Source of the DNA: Mustelus asterias
Lineage: Eukaryota
Length of the DNA stretch: 64,000 nucleotides
NCBI RefSeq assembly: GCF_964213995.1
Contig: NC_135801.1
Span: forward strand, 27,466,001 to 27,530,000
Direction of reading: 5' to 3'
The position numbers and the translations under genes are program-made. Under the pieces are notes generated by a model. It ran no database searches and was not told where the DNA came from. It saw nothing but the letters and a program-made list of their open reading frames with translations. This document shows, piece by piece, positions 25,520-38,129 of this stretch (within the stretch, counting starts at the first letter, position 1; the number at the start of each line of letters is the position of its first letter).

Positions 25520-25960
25520 TGCCTTTGTTAACCTACCTCCAGAATCGACAATTCCAATATTTTCATGGTTGCCCCCCCCCCCGCCCCGCCAACTTTCACT
25601 GTCTGTAAACTTAACCTCATTTAAAACTCTGCCGCCCATTTCCTAATTCATAGCAAGTTCTGTTCACCATTACCCTTTTCCTTGCTGACTCCCATTGGAT
25701 CCCAGTTCAGCAAAGCCTCGATTTTGGTTTTCAAATCCCCCCCCCAACTCTGTAACCTCGTCCAGTACTATAATTCTCAGCTATCAGCATTCCACTGACC
25801 TCACCTGGCCCACCATTTGCAGCCAAGCCTTCAGCTGCCTGAGTCTCAAGGTTCCTTCTCTCAATTTGCCTTCCTTTAAGACACTCCTTAAAACCTACAT
25901 CTTAGAAAGATAAAGTATTTGGTCGTCTGTCCTTATGTGGCTCAATGTCAGTTTGTTTTA
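25520..25960 (+). mobile_element. Degenerate L2-like 3' fragment
   Basis: Similar to 6430-6910 (ttcaccattacccttttccttgctgactcccattgg...cctttaagacactccttaaaacctac). Confidence 0.55.
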
Positions 25961-25984
25961 GGAGACTTAATACATTCTGCTGCC

Positions 25985-27815
25985 AGATGCAAAACTATGT
26001 AGCAAACTAGTCACTGTCTGCCACTTCAAAAAAGACCCATTAATTCCGACTCTGTTTCCTGTCTACTAACTATCAATCCATGCCAATATATCACCCTCAA
26101 TCCCATGCACTTTAATTTTACACACTACCCTCTTAAGTGGGACTTTGTCAAAAGCTTTCTGAACATCCAAATACACCACATCCCCTGGTTCGCCCTCATC
26201 TATTCTACTAGTTACATCTTCAAAAACCTCAGTAAGTTTTGCAAACATGATTTCCCTTTCATAAATCCATGTTTGTTTCGTCTAATCCTGTTGATATTTT
26301 CGAAGTGTCCTGTTATCTTATAGATCCTAGCATTTTCCCTACTACTGATGTTAGGTGAACCAGTCTGTAATTCTGTTTACTCCTTCCCTCCTTTTTTTAA
26401 ATGGGGGGGGGGGGTTACATTTCCCACTCCACAATGTGCTGAAAATGTTTCAGAATCTACAGAATTTTGGAAGATGAAAATCAATACATCCACTATTTCC
26501 ATGGCTATCTCCTTTAGTACCCTGGGGTGTAGATTATCAGGCCCTGGAGATTTATTGCTTTTCAGTCCCATCAATTTGTCCAGCACTATTTTCTAGTGAT
26601 ACTAATTTCATCCAATTCCTCCTTCTGACTAGACCACGCTTGTTCTAAGTATGGCACAGGGGCCAAATGCCTGCAAAGCCCACCAGTTTTCAAAATGCTG
26701 GTCAAAGAGTTTCAATGGAAGAATCTTCTTGGAGCTGCTCCTCCAATCACGGTAAAATCTCCTGCTTTTGCTTCTGATAGGTGGGCTAGTGAGCCTATCA
26801 GCAGCAAATGTAGGAGAGAAACATTCTTTGATTGGAGGAGCAACGAACGCCGGCATTGGCAAGTATGCTGAGGGCTGCCGGGCCAAGGGAAGCAAAGCAA
26901 TGGCAAGGATACTGCCCGAGGAGCCAAGTAAATCTGACCTGAAGCCCAGGGAGGACAAAATTTTGCCAGGCCCCAGGAGGGCATTTGGCGGGCCCCGGGA
27001 AGAGAAGGTGCCATGGCTGAGCGAGTGGCTGAGTGTGAGTCTGTCTCATGCCCTGTCTCAGGTTTCTTCCTCACTCTTACCACCACACACACATGCAACC
27101 ACTCACTGACCCTCTCGCACACTGGTTATTTTTATTACTTTTTTAAAACTCTTTATTGCTATGACATTGCTGTACTATTGCTGCTTTCCTTAAAAGCTCA
27201 ACTTCAGTTTATTCTTGTGCCAATGCCAATCCACACTTTGAAATTTGTTCATCGGTCCATTGAGTGAAAAATATGCAAATGTAGCCCCCTGAGCAAAAAG
27301 ACTGGGCAATCCTACACTTGACCTCCTTCGCTCTTTGGGGAAGTTGTGACTTCCTCCATGAAGACAGAACTAAAGTAGTTGTTTAAATGTTCTGCCATTT
27401 CCTTGTTCTCTATTATAATTTTTTCAGTTTAAGAGTGTAAGGGTCTTCACTAATCTTTTTCTTTTTACATACTTCTAGAAGCTTTTACAGTCCACTTTTA
27501 TGTTACTTGCAAGTTTACTCTCATACTCTATTTTCCCCTTTTAATCTTTGTCCACCTTTGCTGAATACCGAACATAGCCCAATCCTCAGGTTCGCTACTT
27601 TTTCTAACAACTTTATAGGGCTCCTCTTTGCATCTAATACTATCCTTAATTTATTTTGTAAGCTATGATTGCGCGAGAAAGCAATGTACACCTGTTGCAA
27701 TGCACACATTTGTTCCTTATTACTCATTGTTTATCCACCGTCATGGATGAATGAAGTTCCCAAATCTATCTTAGCCAACACGTGACTCATACTTTCGTAG
27801 TTTCTTTTGTTAGAT
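25985..27815 (-). mobile_element. Degenerate CR1 LINE, split by a hAT-like element
   Basis: VYLDVQKAFDKVP (26066-26248), LKSNKSPGPDNLHPRVLKE (26377-26586); resumes after 27315. Confidence 0.8.
26635..27314. mobile_element. Non-autonomous hAT (Charlie-like) element
   Basis: Degenerate termini (cacgcttgttctaagtatggcacaggggccaaatg ... atgtagccccctgagcaaaaagactgggcaatccta). Approximate 8-bp target site duplication gactagac/cacttgac. Cleanly interrupts a CR1. Confidence 0.55.
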
Positions 27816-27964
27816 GCTTTTTTGGAGAGTCAGTGCAGACCCAATGGGCCAAATGGCCTCCTTCTGCACTGTAGACATTCTATAGAAACTCTGCAAAGCC
27901 TTTAAATCCTTCCTAAAATGTGGTCACCGGAATTGAACATAATACTCCAACTGACGTCAGACCT

Positions 27965-28268
27965 CAGCACGGTGGCACAGTGGTTAGCACTGCTGCCTCA
28001 CAACGCTAGGGACGTAGGTTCAATTCTGGCCTTGGGTCACTGTCTGTGTGGAGTTTGCATTCTCCCCGTGTGCTCCAGTTTCCTCCCACGGTCCAAAGAT
28101 GTGTGGGTTAGGTTGATTGGACATGCTAAATTAACTATAGGGTCAGGCCGATTAGCAGGGTAAATATGAGGGGTTATAGGAATAGGACCTGTGTGGGATT
28201 GTGGTCGGTGCAGACTCGATGGGCCGAATGGCTTCCTTCTGCATTGTAGGGATTGTAAGATTCTATGA
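27965..28268 (+). mobile_element. HE1-type V-SINE, tail A
   Basis: Full head, V-domain and tail. Confidence 0.88.
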
Positions 28269-29063
28269 ACCAGTGTTTTATAATTGTTTAGCATAACTTC
28301 CTTTCTTTTGTACCCTATGGATCTAATTATAAAGGCTAGGATCCTATATGCTTTTTTTCAAAAAAGCCTTCTCAACTTGTCCTGCACGCTTCAAAGATTT
28401 GTATATCTACACAATGGCTTGGATTGTGTGGTCAGTGATGAAGGTGACGTTGCTCACCAATGAGCTTGAAGAAAGCTGCCCACAAAGATCTGGTAATCTC
28501 CAGATTTCCCTTTTCCCAGTGTTTGTTTGAATCTGGCACCAAGTCAAGGGGATCTCCAAGTGTCCAGCCAAGTCATGTCATCAAGCAGGGTAAGCAGCCA
28601 ATCACATTGAAGGAGACTCACAGACATCAAACCAGGAAGTTCAATGAACATATTATCCTTCGGTTTTAATTAAAAATTTAGAGTTCAAAATAAATGCTCG
28701 GGACATATACATGGGTTTAATATAGAAACTGAGATGTGAACAAACTTTTAAAACATTAGTTTACAAATGTGGAACTGATGATGAAATTTTAATATTCTGT
28801 AAATATAAAATTAGTTTTTCAGGGCCAGAGAGATATCTCAGCAACAATTATGAACTTTTGTGCAACATTGAAAACCCAGTTATACCTCAATCAACAATAT
28901 GTAACATTTTCAAGACTGTTACACTGATATTAATCGTATAAAAGAGGAAGTTCTCATCAATTGTAGACTGCAGGGTCTTCAACAGTGCACTCTATATAGA
29001 GAAGCATAACACTGACTGCAACTTCTGGATTTCTGCATTTAACTGCACATATGCAGACTCCAG

Positions 29064-29190
29064 GGGCGGGATTTTCCAGCCGCACTCGCCCCAAGACCGG
29101 GAAATCCCACTCAGCATCAACGGACCTTTGTATGGTCCGTGTCCCACCCGCTACAATTCCCGGGGTGGGCGGCTTGGTAAAATTCCATCC
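29064..29190. mobile_element. PIF/Harbinger-like MITE (127 bp)
   Basis: Terminal inverted repeats GGGCGGGATTTT/AAAATTCCATCC, 3-bp duplication CAG; homologous to 52334-52459. Confidence 0.7.
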
Positions 29191-29559
29191 CAGAAGTTGC
29201 TTTCAGTTTCAGCAGAACAATGATGGTGAACCCTGACTGTTTCGCCATCATTCTCCCCCTCTAGCATCCTCATTGTGCAGGGGTTAGCTTATACCATGAT
29301 ATCACTACTGGGCAAGGAAAGAAAATAGGTTCCGAAAGCTAACTCAGCCTATACGGGGATTGAGTCCATGATAGTCAATATTCTGCACCAACCTCTAGTC
29401 ATCTAGCCAACTGAGCTAACCAATCCTTTTCCATCTAACATAGAAGGGAATTTGAATCAAATTTTTTTCATGGATTATCTAAGTCCAATGGTGTGGAGAA
29501 GAGACAGGTACACATTACAACCTTTTTTGAACCAGGGTGTAAGTAAGCCCAGCAATTGT

Positions 29560-30833
29560 TGGATTTTTATGAAGATGTGACTAGTGCGGTTGATGGAAGG
29601 TGGATGTGGTGGATGCAGGTGGATGCGGTGTTTTTGGATTTCCAAAAGGCGTTTGATAAGGTGCCTCACAAAAGGTTGCTGAAGAAGATTGGGTCACACT
29701 GAGTTGGGGGTAGGGTGTTAGCGTGGATTGGGGATTGGTTATCCGACAGGAAGCAGAGAGTCGGAATAAATGGGTGCTTTTCTGGTTGGCAGATGGTAAC
29801 TAGTGGCGTGCCGCAGGGATCGGTACTGGGGCCTCAACTATTTACCATTTATATAGACGATTTGGAGGAGGGGACTGAGTGTAGGGTAACAAAGTTTGCA
29901 GACGACACAAAGATAAGTGGAAAAGTGAATCGTGTGGCGGGCGTAGAAGGTCTGCAGAGAGATTTGGACAAGCTGAGTGAATGGGCGAGGATCTGGCAGA
30001 TGGAGTATAACGTTGACAAATGCGAGGTTATTCACTTTGGAGGAAATAATAGCAAATTGGATTATTATCTAAATGGAAAAAAATTACAACATGCTACTGT
30101 GCAAAGGGACCTGGGGTTCCTTGTGCATGAGACGCAAAAACCCAGTCTGCAGGTGCAACAGGTGATCAAGAAGGCAAAAGGGATGTTGGCCTATATCGCA
30201 AGGGGGATAGAATATAAAAGCAGAGACGTCTTGCTGCATCTGTACAGGGCATTGGTGAGGCCGCAGCTGGAATACTGTGTGCAGTATTGGTCCCCTTATT
30301 TGTGGAAGGATATATTGGCCTTGGAGGGAGTGCAGAGAAGGTGCACCAGGTTGATACCAGAGATGAGGGGTGTTGATTATGAGGAGAGACTGAGCAGATT
30401 GGGTTTGTACTCGTTGGAATTTAGAAGGCTGAGGGGGGATCTTATAGAGACCTATAAGATAATGAAGGGGCTGGATAGGGTAGAAGTGGAGAGATTCTTT
30501 CCACTTAGAAAGGAAGCTAGAATTAGAGGGCACAGCCTCAAAATAAAGGGGGGTCAGTTTAGGACAGAGTTGAGGAGGAACTTCTTCTCTCAGAGGGTGG
30601 TGAATCTCTGGAATTCTCTGCCCACTGAAGTGGTGGAGGCTACCTCGTTGAATACGTTTAAATCACGGATAGATGGATTCCTGATCGGTAAGGGAATTAG
30701 GGGTTATAGGGATCAGACGGGTAAGTGGAACTGATCCACTTCAGATCAGCCATGATCTTATTGAACGGCGGGGCAGACTCGAGGGGCTGGATGGCCTACT
30801 CCTGCTCCTATTTCTTATGTTCTTATGTTCTTA
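29560..30833 (+). mobile_element. Young 5'-truncated CR1 LINE
   Basis: 339-aa ORF 29715-30734 with GVPQGSVLGP and KFADDTK and a complete ORF2 C-terminus; (cttatgtt)n tail. Confidence 0.95.
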
Positions 30834-30849
30834 ATTACAGACCGAAATC

Positions 30850-32108
30850 AGTTTAACTTTGATCAGGGCGGTAAGCTACTACAAATAATTATTCAGAATA
30901 GAGTTAATAGTCACATGGATACAGGGAAGATAGTATTTAACTAACTTGGCAGAGTTTTTGCAGAGGTAACAGAAAGGTCAATTATGGTATTACTGTTGAA
31001 GTGGGGTACATGGACTTCCAAGAAGCATTTAATATAGTGCCAAACAACAGATTGGAGAAAGGTTATGGCTCATGGAATAAAAAGGACAGTAGGAACATTG
31101 ATACACAATTGGCTGAGTAAATGAAACACAGCAATGGTCAGGTTGGAAGAAGGTTTGTAGTGGAGTTCCCCAAGGCTAGGTATTGGGGCCCTTGCTTTTC
31201 CTCATATTAATGATCAAGATCTTGGTGTGCAGGGGACAATCTCAAAGTTTGCAGATGATACAAACCTTGGAAGCATTGTAAACTGTGAAGAGGACAGTGT
31301 GGAACTTCAAAAGGATATAGAAAGTTTGGTGGAGTGGACAGATAGGCGGCAGATGAAGTTCTATGCAGAGAAGTGAGAGGCAATTCATTTTGGATAAAAG
31401 AACATGGAGAGGCAGTATAAAATAAGAGGTGCAAGAGCTGTATATGTGCATAAGTCATTAAAGGTGACAGGACAGGTGGAGAGCAATTAATAAAACATAC
31501 ATTATCCTAGGCTTTATTAATAGGGACATAAGAGTGCAAGAGCAAGGAGATTATGCTGAATTTGTAGAGGATACTTATTAGGCCTCAACTGGAGTGTTGC
31601 ATACATTTCTGGGTGCCACACTTTAGGATTGATGTGAATGCATTGGAGAGTTTAGAAGAGGTTTACAAGAATGGTTAACTTCAGTTATGAGGATAGATTG
31701 GAAGGTTGAGACTGTTCTCCTTGGAGAGGAGAAAGAGGAGATTTGATAAAAATGTTCAAAATCATGAGGGGGCTGGACAGAGTAGATAGGGACAAACTGT
31801 TTCCCCTCCTTAAAGGATTGAGAACAAAGTGGGCACAGATTTAAAGTGATAAGAAGCAAATGTGATGTGAGAAAAAAAATTTTCACACAAGTATTTTGGG
31901 TCTGGAATGAACTGCCTTGAAGTGTGGTGGAGGCAGATTCCTTTGAGGTATTCAAGAGGACATTGGATGATTATTGAAATAGAAACAATGTGCAGGATTA
32001 CGGAGAAAAGGCAGGTGAATGGCACTAAGTCATAATGTTCATTTGGAAAGCCAGTGCAGACACAATGAGCTGTATAGCCTCCTTCTGAACTATAACAATT
32101 CTGTGATA
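30850..32108 (+). mobile_element. Old degenerate CR1 LINE
   Basis: Frameshifted motifs: gacttccaagaagcattt (DFQKAF), aagtttgcagatgatacaaa (KFADDTK), aggcctcaactggagtg (RPQLE). Confidence 0.8.
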
Positions 32109-32839
32109 TGGCGTTTTTTAAAAAAACAAAGCAAGCTCAAAGGGCTTTGTTACAGACTCCTGCTTCTGATTCTTATGTTCTTAAACTTGAAGTCAACCTC
32201 TTCCTCTGTGATGGGCTCTTTGTTTGGTCTTACCTACGGAAGAGTTATTTGTCCACCATGATTGCCACAACCTGAGCAATTGCATTAGCGGGCAGGTTAA
32301 ACTGGTTAGATAAACCTCTTGGGAGGATGTACGCAAGTGACAAGGAGACAACCAGTGTTTGCCTTGAGCCCAAAGTTCAAGATAAGTGTGGATTCACCGG
32401 GAACTGTACTGGAAACTGAAAACCCAAAGTGCACATAGGTGGCTTAGGGCTAGGATCATTCCCTTGTGGGTGCAAGCAGGAGTAGAGCTTGGCAAGCCCA
32501 TATGGAATCACACTGCTCATTTCCACAGTAGGAGGGAGAGATCTGAAACAGGGGTCCTAAACAGTGTCGGTCCCACTAGCAGAGTGGTCAGTTCCAATTG
32601 GAATCCTACATCAGAGACTGAATCAATAAGGGAAACTAAAATATTTAAAATTAGCAGCTTGGAATTTGAATACTCCAAGACTTGGTCAATAAGTAGTCTC
32701 GAAAAGAGAAACATCTGTGTCAGTAGAGAATAAGACAATTAATCAAGGAAAAAGTAGCCCATGTGTTGTTTTTCCACACATACTACATGCATCATGAAAT
32801 TAACTTTGCAGTCTTACGAGAGCCCACAACTTAAAATAT

Positions 32840-34900
32840 TACTACACATTTGTAGCACAGAAACAGCTTAATAGTTCCTTGCACATGTCTATGCTTCACA
32901 TGAGCTCCCTCTCACCTCTCTTCATCTAACTCCATCAACATATGAAATCTATTTCTTTCTTCCTCCCTCATATGCATATCTAGTTTTCCCTTGATAATAT
33001 CCATGCTATTCACCTCATCGGCTCCATATTCTAACCACCGTGGGTAAATAGGTTTCTTCTCAATTTCCTTTTGGATTTATTAATGACTATCGCATCTTCT
33101 CTACATCTACCCGATCAAATCCTTCCTTAACCTTGAAGAGCTCTATCTGGCCTTTCCTCAATCTTCTCTTTTCTACAGAAAAGAGCTCCGGTTCAACCTT
33201 GCTGATGGGTGTAACTTTTAAATCCGGCATCATTCTCGTAAATCTTTCTTGAACTTGCTCTACCATCTCTATATCCTTTTTGGGGTATATCAGTTGTTCA
33301 CAGTACTCCCAAGTGTGGTCTAACCAAGATTCTAGATATACTTAACTGGTCCGCTTTTCAGTTCTATTAATCTATAAAGTAACCCCAGTGCTTTCTTTGT
33401 TTTAAATTGCCTTATTAATCTGCCTCATTAGTTTTAGATTTCTCACTTTGATCCTGTCCAATGATAATGTGGTCTCTTTATTCTTCATAACAAAATGTAC
33501 CCCATCACATTTATCTATATTGAAGTTAATTTGCCAATTAAATGGCCATTTTTCATGTTTATTAATATCTTCCAGTATTTTGTCGCAGTTCTCTTCTGTA
33601 TCAACTGTACCCACTAATTTGATATCAGCAGCTCATTTTGAAACTTTACTTCCGATCCCAAACCTCTAATTGTTTACGTGAGTGATGAACAGCAGTGGTC
33701 CCAGCATCAATCCCTGTGGAACGTACACCGTGTCAATTTTTACTAAGTCTCTTATCCTCTACTATTGGTTTTCTGTTTAACATACAGCCTGCTATCCATT
33801 CTGCTACTTCTCCCCTGACTCGACATGCTCTGACTTTCATCAGGGTTTACTGTGCAATATGTTTTCAAAGACCGTTCCAAGATCCAAATACATTACGTCA
33901 CAGAATGGTTACGGCACAGAAGGGGGACATTTAGCCCACAATGTCTGTACTGGCTCTCCAAATGAGCATTATGACTTTGTGCCATTCCCCTGCCTGCAAT
34001 GCCCTCTCGAATGCTTTGATTGAACTACCTTCATCTACCCTGTTATTTCAATATTTTTCAAATAATTTAGAAGCAGGATAGGTCAAGCATGACCTTCCCC
34101 TTTTGGAATCTGTACTGACTATTCTTATATTTTCAGTTTCTAGATGTTCCTCTATCACATATTTCATGAGATTCCATTATCTTTCTTAGACAGCTAATGT
34201 GTCTATATTTCTCTGGACTTACTGTATTGCCCAGGACTGACGTATACAGGAATCACTTTAGCTGTCCACCGGTCCTCTGACACTGTTCCCTTTCCTCATG
34301 AATTTTCTATCGGTTGTAATAGTGCCTCTGGTATCTCTTTTCTAAATACGCGCAGATACAATCCATTCGACCCAGAGGTTTAATCAGTTCATCAATTATT
34401 CCTCCCCCCCCTTTTCTATCTTAAATGTCTTTACATCCTTTTCTATCTTCTAATGTCATGTCCAGTGTTAGTTTCCCTGGTAAATACAGAGATAAAATAA
34501 CTATCTTATTATTTCTGCAATAAAAGCAAAATACTGCAGATGCTGAAAAATCTGAACTAAAAACAGAAAATGCTGGATGAAGTCAGAAGATCTGGTTGCA
34601 TCTGTGGAGAGAGTACAAGAGTTAATGTTCTGGATCTTAATGACCCTTCTGCAGAACCATTGTAGCATCTGTAGATGGATCTAAATGATCTGTCTACAGA
34701 TTCTACGAAATGTTAACTCTTTCTCGCCACAGACGCTGCCAGACCTGCTGAGTTAATATTTCTGGCATTTCAGTGTTATTACCGGTTGAATTTATCACAA
34801 GTATTTTAGTGGGCCTATCACTATTCTCACCTTTCCTTTGATGTTTAAGTATGTGTAGAATATTTTACTAGTTATTTTTATTGTTCCTCCTTACCGTCCT
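32840..34900 (-). mobile_element. Old degenerate CR1 LINE
   Basis: NWQINFNIDKCDGVHF in ORF 33402-33614 plus other decayed RT motifs. Confidence 0.65.
34519..34775. mobile_element. Older palindromic family-B-related Penelope-like remnant
   Basis: aataaaagcaaaatactgcagatgctg...gcatctgtggagag...gagttaatgtt, then the inverted atgttaactctttctcgccacagacgctgccagacctgctgag. Similar degenerate fold-backs at about 35680-35857, 45330-45450 and 23970-24110. Confidence 0.55.
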
Positions 34901-34978
34901 AATTTCCTTGTGTTAATTGACAAGCACAGTAAGAAGTCTCACAACACCAGGTTAAAGTCCAACAGGTTTATTTGGCAG

Positions 34979-35015
34979 CACTAGCTTTCGGAGTCTCAGG
35001 CTCCTTCATCAGGTG
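34979..35015 (-). ncRNA. Minimal type I hammerhead ribozyme motif (Penelope-like family A), sense to SETD7 intron 4
   Basis: cac-CUGAUGA-a-GGAG-ccugaga-CUCC-GAAA-gc-UA-gug: canonical core, 4-bp stem II, palindromic AGCU stem III, 3-bp stem I. Confidence 0.7.
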
Positions 35016-35301
35016 AGTGAGGACTTGTGTTCTCAAACAGATCATATACAGACACAAAATCAATTTACAAGATAATGGTTGGAATGCGAGTCTTTACAGG
35101 TAATCAAGTCTTAAAGGTACAATGTGAGTGGAGAGAGGGCCAAGCACAGGTTAAAGAGATGTGTATCGTCTCCAGCCAGGACAGTTAGTGAGATTTTGCA
35201 AGCCCAGGCAAGTCGTGGGGGTTACAGATAGCGTGGCTCCAAGTGGAGAGGATCTCCAAGAAGATCACACATATTGACACACACTATCTGTAACCCTCAC
35301 T

Positions 35302-35338
35302 CACCTGATGAAGGAGCCTGAGACTCTGAAAGCTAGTG
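35302..35338 (+). ncRNA. Minimal type I hammerhead ribozyme motif (family A, inverted copy)
   Basis: cac-CUGAUGA-a-GGAG-ccugaga-CUCU-GAAA-gc-UA-gug; G.U closes stem II. Confidence 0.62.
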
Positions 35339-36369
35339 CTGCCAAATAAACCTGTTGGACTTTAACCTGGTGTTGTGAGACTTCTTACTGTGCTTACCCC
35401 ATTCCAACGCCAGCACTTCCACATCATGGCTTAATTGACAAGGTCAGAACATCATAGATCATTATCTTTGACAATGAAGGACAAGTCATCCGCCATTCCC
35501 CGCACCTCCAGCATGCCACACACAACTCCATCCTTCCCCCCGCCACTCCCCACTTGGCTACCAACACAGGGGACCCAGAATTAACCCATTTCCCCCCCTC
35601 TTCTGTGATTTTACACCATCCAACCTTAAAATGCTTATAATCGATGATGTATGATGTAGGGAGAGAGTAAGGGAATTTTAAAGAGCAAAGTATCCGAGAT
35701 GCTGGAATTCTGAAATGCTGGAACTACTCACCAGGCCTGGCAGCATCTGAGAGTTCGAAGCAAGATTTAATGCTTCAGGATGATCTTTTATCAGAACCCA
35801 CATGAAAGGTCATTAATCTGATACATTTACTTTGTTTCTCTCCACAGATGCTGCCAAAGGAATAAAACATTATCTAGCCTATCCTATTGGCCCATAACTT
35901 TCTCAGACTGGCATCAGCAGTGGATTGACTTACCTGCGCTTAAATTGTAAAGTGCCTTTCTCACCCAACCTTCCTGACTTAGGCCAGTTGATTCTGAAAA
36001 AGCGAAGCATGTCCATGGCTCCAGGGGCGAAGTGCAAAAGGAGCAGAGTGAAGGGGGCACCCCCCACTTTTTACAACACTATCTGCCATAGAGCAGGTGA
36101 GTTTCAAGGTCCCATTGAATGGGAGAAGACAAGTTCCTAAGGTAACTGAATGGGATGTTGGGCTGGAGATTTAGACGTTTAGAGTCAGATACTGGGACAG
36201 CTCCAATGGCAGGGCTCTGTCTGGGTCTTTAAAGTAGTGAAGTTAGAAGTGATTTTTTTCCCCCTTTCAGAGTAACTATGAGAGTGTAAAACTGGCAGAA
36301 ACATTCAGCATTAGCGATTTAAATCACTTTGTCAGATGGTTCTCAGAGCAACCCAATTGTCCAGGGGAT

Positions 36370-37225
36370 ACATAGAAAATCGGTACAGAAGGCGGCCATT
36401 TGGCCCTTCGAGCCTGCCATTCAATATGATCATGGCTGATCATGCACTTTCAGTATCCCACTCTCACTTTCTCTCCATACCCCTTGATTCCTTTAGCCAC
36501 AAGGGCCACGTCCAGCTCCCACTTGAACATATGTAATGAACTGGCCCCAACAGCTTTCTGTGGTAGAGAATTCCACAGATTCACAAGTCAGTGAAGAAGT
36601 TCTTCCTCATCTCAGTCCTGAGTGGCTTACCCCTTATTCTTAGACTGTGACCCCTAGTTCTGCACTTCCCCAAGATCGGGAACATTCTTCTCACATCTAG
36701 CCTGTCCAGTCCCATCAGGATTTTATATGTTTCTATGAGATCCCCTCTCATTAGAACCATAGAACCCCTACAGTGCAGAAAGAGGCCAATTTGCCCATCG
36801 AGTCTGCACCAACAACAATCCCACCCAGGCTCTATCCCCATATCCCTCTAACCCTCATATTTACCCGCTAATCCCTCTAATCTACGCATCACAGGACACT
36901 AAGGGGCAATTTAGCTTGGCCAATCAACCTAACCTGCACATCTTTGGACTGTGGGAGGAAACCGGAGCACCCGGAGGAAACCCACGCAAACACAGGGAGA
37001 ATGTGCAAACTCCGCACAGACAGTGACCCGAGCCGGGAATCGAACCCAGGTCCTTGGAGTTGTGAAGCAGCAGTGCTAACCACTGTGCTACCGTGCCGCC
37101 CCATTCTTCTAAATTCTAGTGAGTACAAACCCAGTCAATCCAGTCTCCATATATCAGTCCTGCCATTCTGGGAATCAGTCTGGTGAACCTTCCTCAACAG
37201 CAAGAATGTCCTTTCTCAGACTAGG
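36370..37225 (-). mobile_element. CR1 3' fragment with nested V-SINE
   Basis: YSLEFRRM|RGDLIETYKILMGLDRLD is split by the SINE at 36752-37100. Confidence 0.85.
36752..37100 (-). mobile_element. HE1-type V-SINE, tail A (long subfamily)
   Basis: Full length; nested in a CR1. Confidence 0.9.
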
Positions 37226-37536
37226 AAGTTAGCCCTTCTAGTAACTTACTAGCTAAACATTTACCTGGGAACTTCCCCAATGCTTTCCCCAATGCTTCCT
37301 TGGGGTACGCCCCCCAAAAACCGACGCTGGGGAGCCAGGAAGTGAGATCCCATTGTCACATCCACCAATATTTTTCAAATGTATAATTTAAAATATGTTC
37401 AAATTGACACATCTTTTTAAATGTAGCATAAACAAAGTCATAAATTCCTAAAAATGTTTTAAAAATATTGAAAACATGTGTGTGCATTATTAGATTATGT
37501 GATGAAACAGTGTAATGATAAATCAATACTTCTCAC

Positions 37537-37726
37537 CAGCTGGAGACAGCTCGAACTGGGGTTTCCCCTCTGTTACACCTTTAAGAGTTGCCAGGTGTCC
37601 TTCGATTATTTCCCCATCAACAAATTTTCCAAGCAGAGCTATCTTGCCCTCAGGATAAACATAAGCTATTTTATCACCAGTCATCTCCCCATCTTCATTC
37701 ACCTCTCCGACAATGCCGCCTCCATC
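37537..37726 (-). CDS. SETD7: SETD7 exon 4
   Basis: gacag|...|GTGAG, 190 nt; [63 protein letters not shown](G). Confidence 0.96.
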
Positions 37727-38129
37727 CTGTCACACAAGATAAGATGACACATGATTCATAAAACACAATGTTCACAGGTGTAATGACATATGTATTTTCT
37801 TCGAAGAAAAATCTGGGGAAACAGACGGAGAACCTCCTCAGAACTGTTTACACGTCGCCACCATAATTTCATGAGACGTGCAGACAAAAACAACTATTAC
37901 CATGCATAAAAAGAGTTTCTGCTGCAATTCTAGTAAAGTTATGGCCACAGCTCGCAGACACATCTGACCAGAGTAGAAAACAGAGTTTTTAAAAAATGTT
38001 TTACTCCATCCTTAATGTTACAAAGTCAATGCTCAGAATGGACTGGGCAAACCCAAATCCATTCCTTGCTTGCTCCAAAAACCAAATTCAAAATCCAATT
38101 GAAACCAATTCAAGGTCTCCACAAGAGAG

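Larger units (their letters stand above)
34922..35430. mobile_element. Penelope-like element remnant (family A) with 101-bp inverted pseudo-LTRs
   Basis: 34922-35022 is the reverse complement of 35295-35395. Flanking direct repeat TTAATTGACAAG at 34913-34924 and 35431-35442. Hammerhead cores lie inside the inverted repeats. Confidence 0.75.

Noticed and set aside
29715-30734. 339-aa ORF (and the 414/242-aa ORFs at 38391-40357) as genes
   Set aside because: These are 5'-truncated CR1 ORF2 fragments inside SETD7 introns, with typical CR1 tails.
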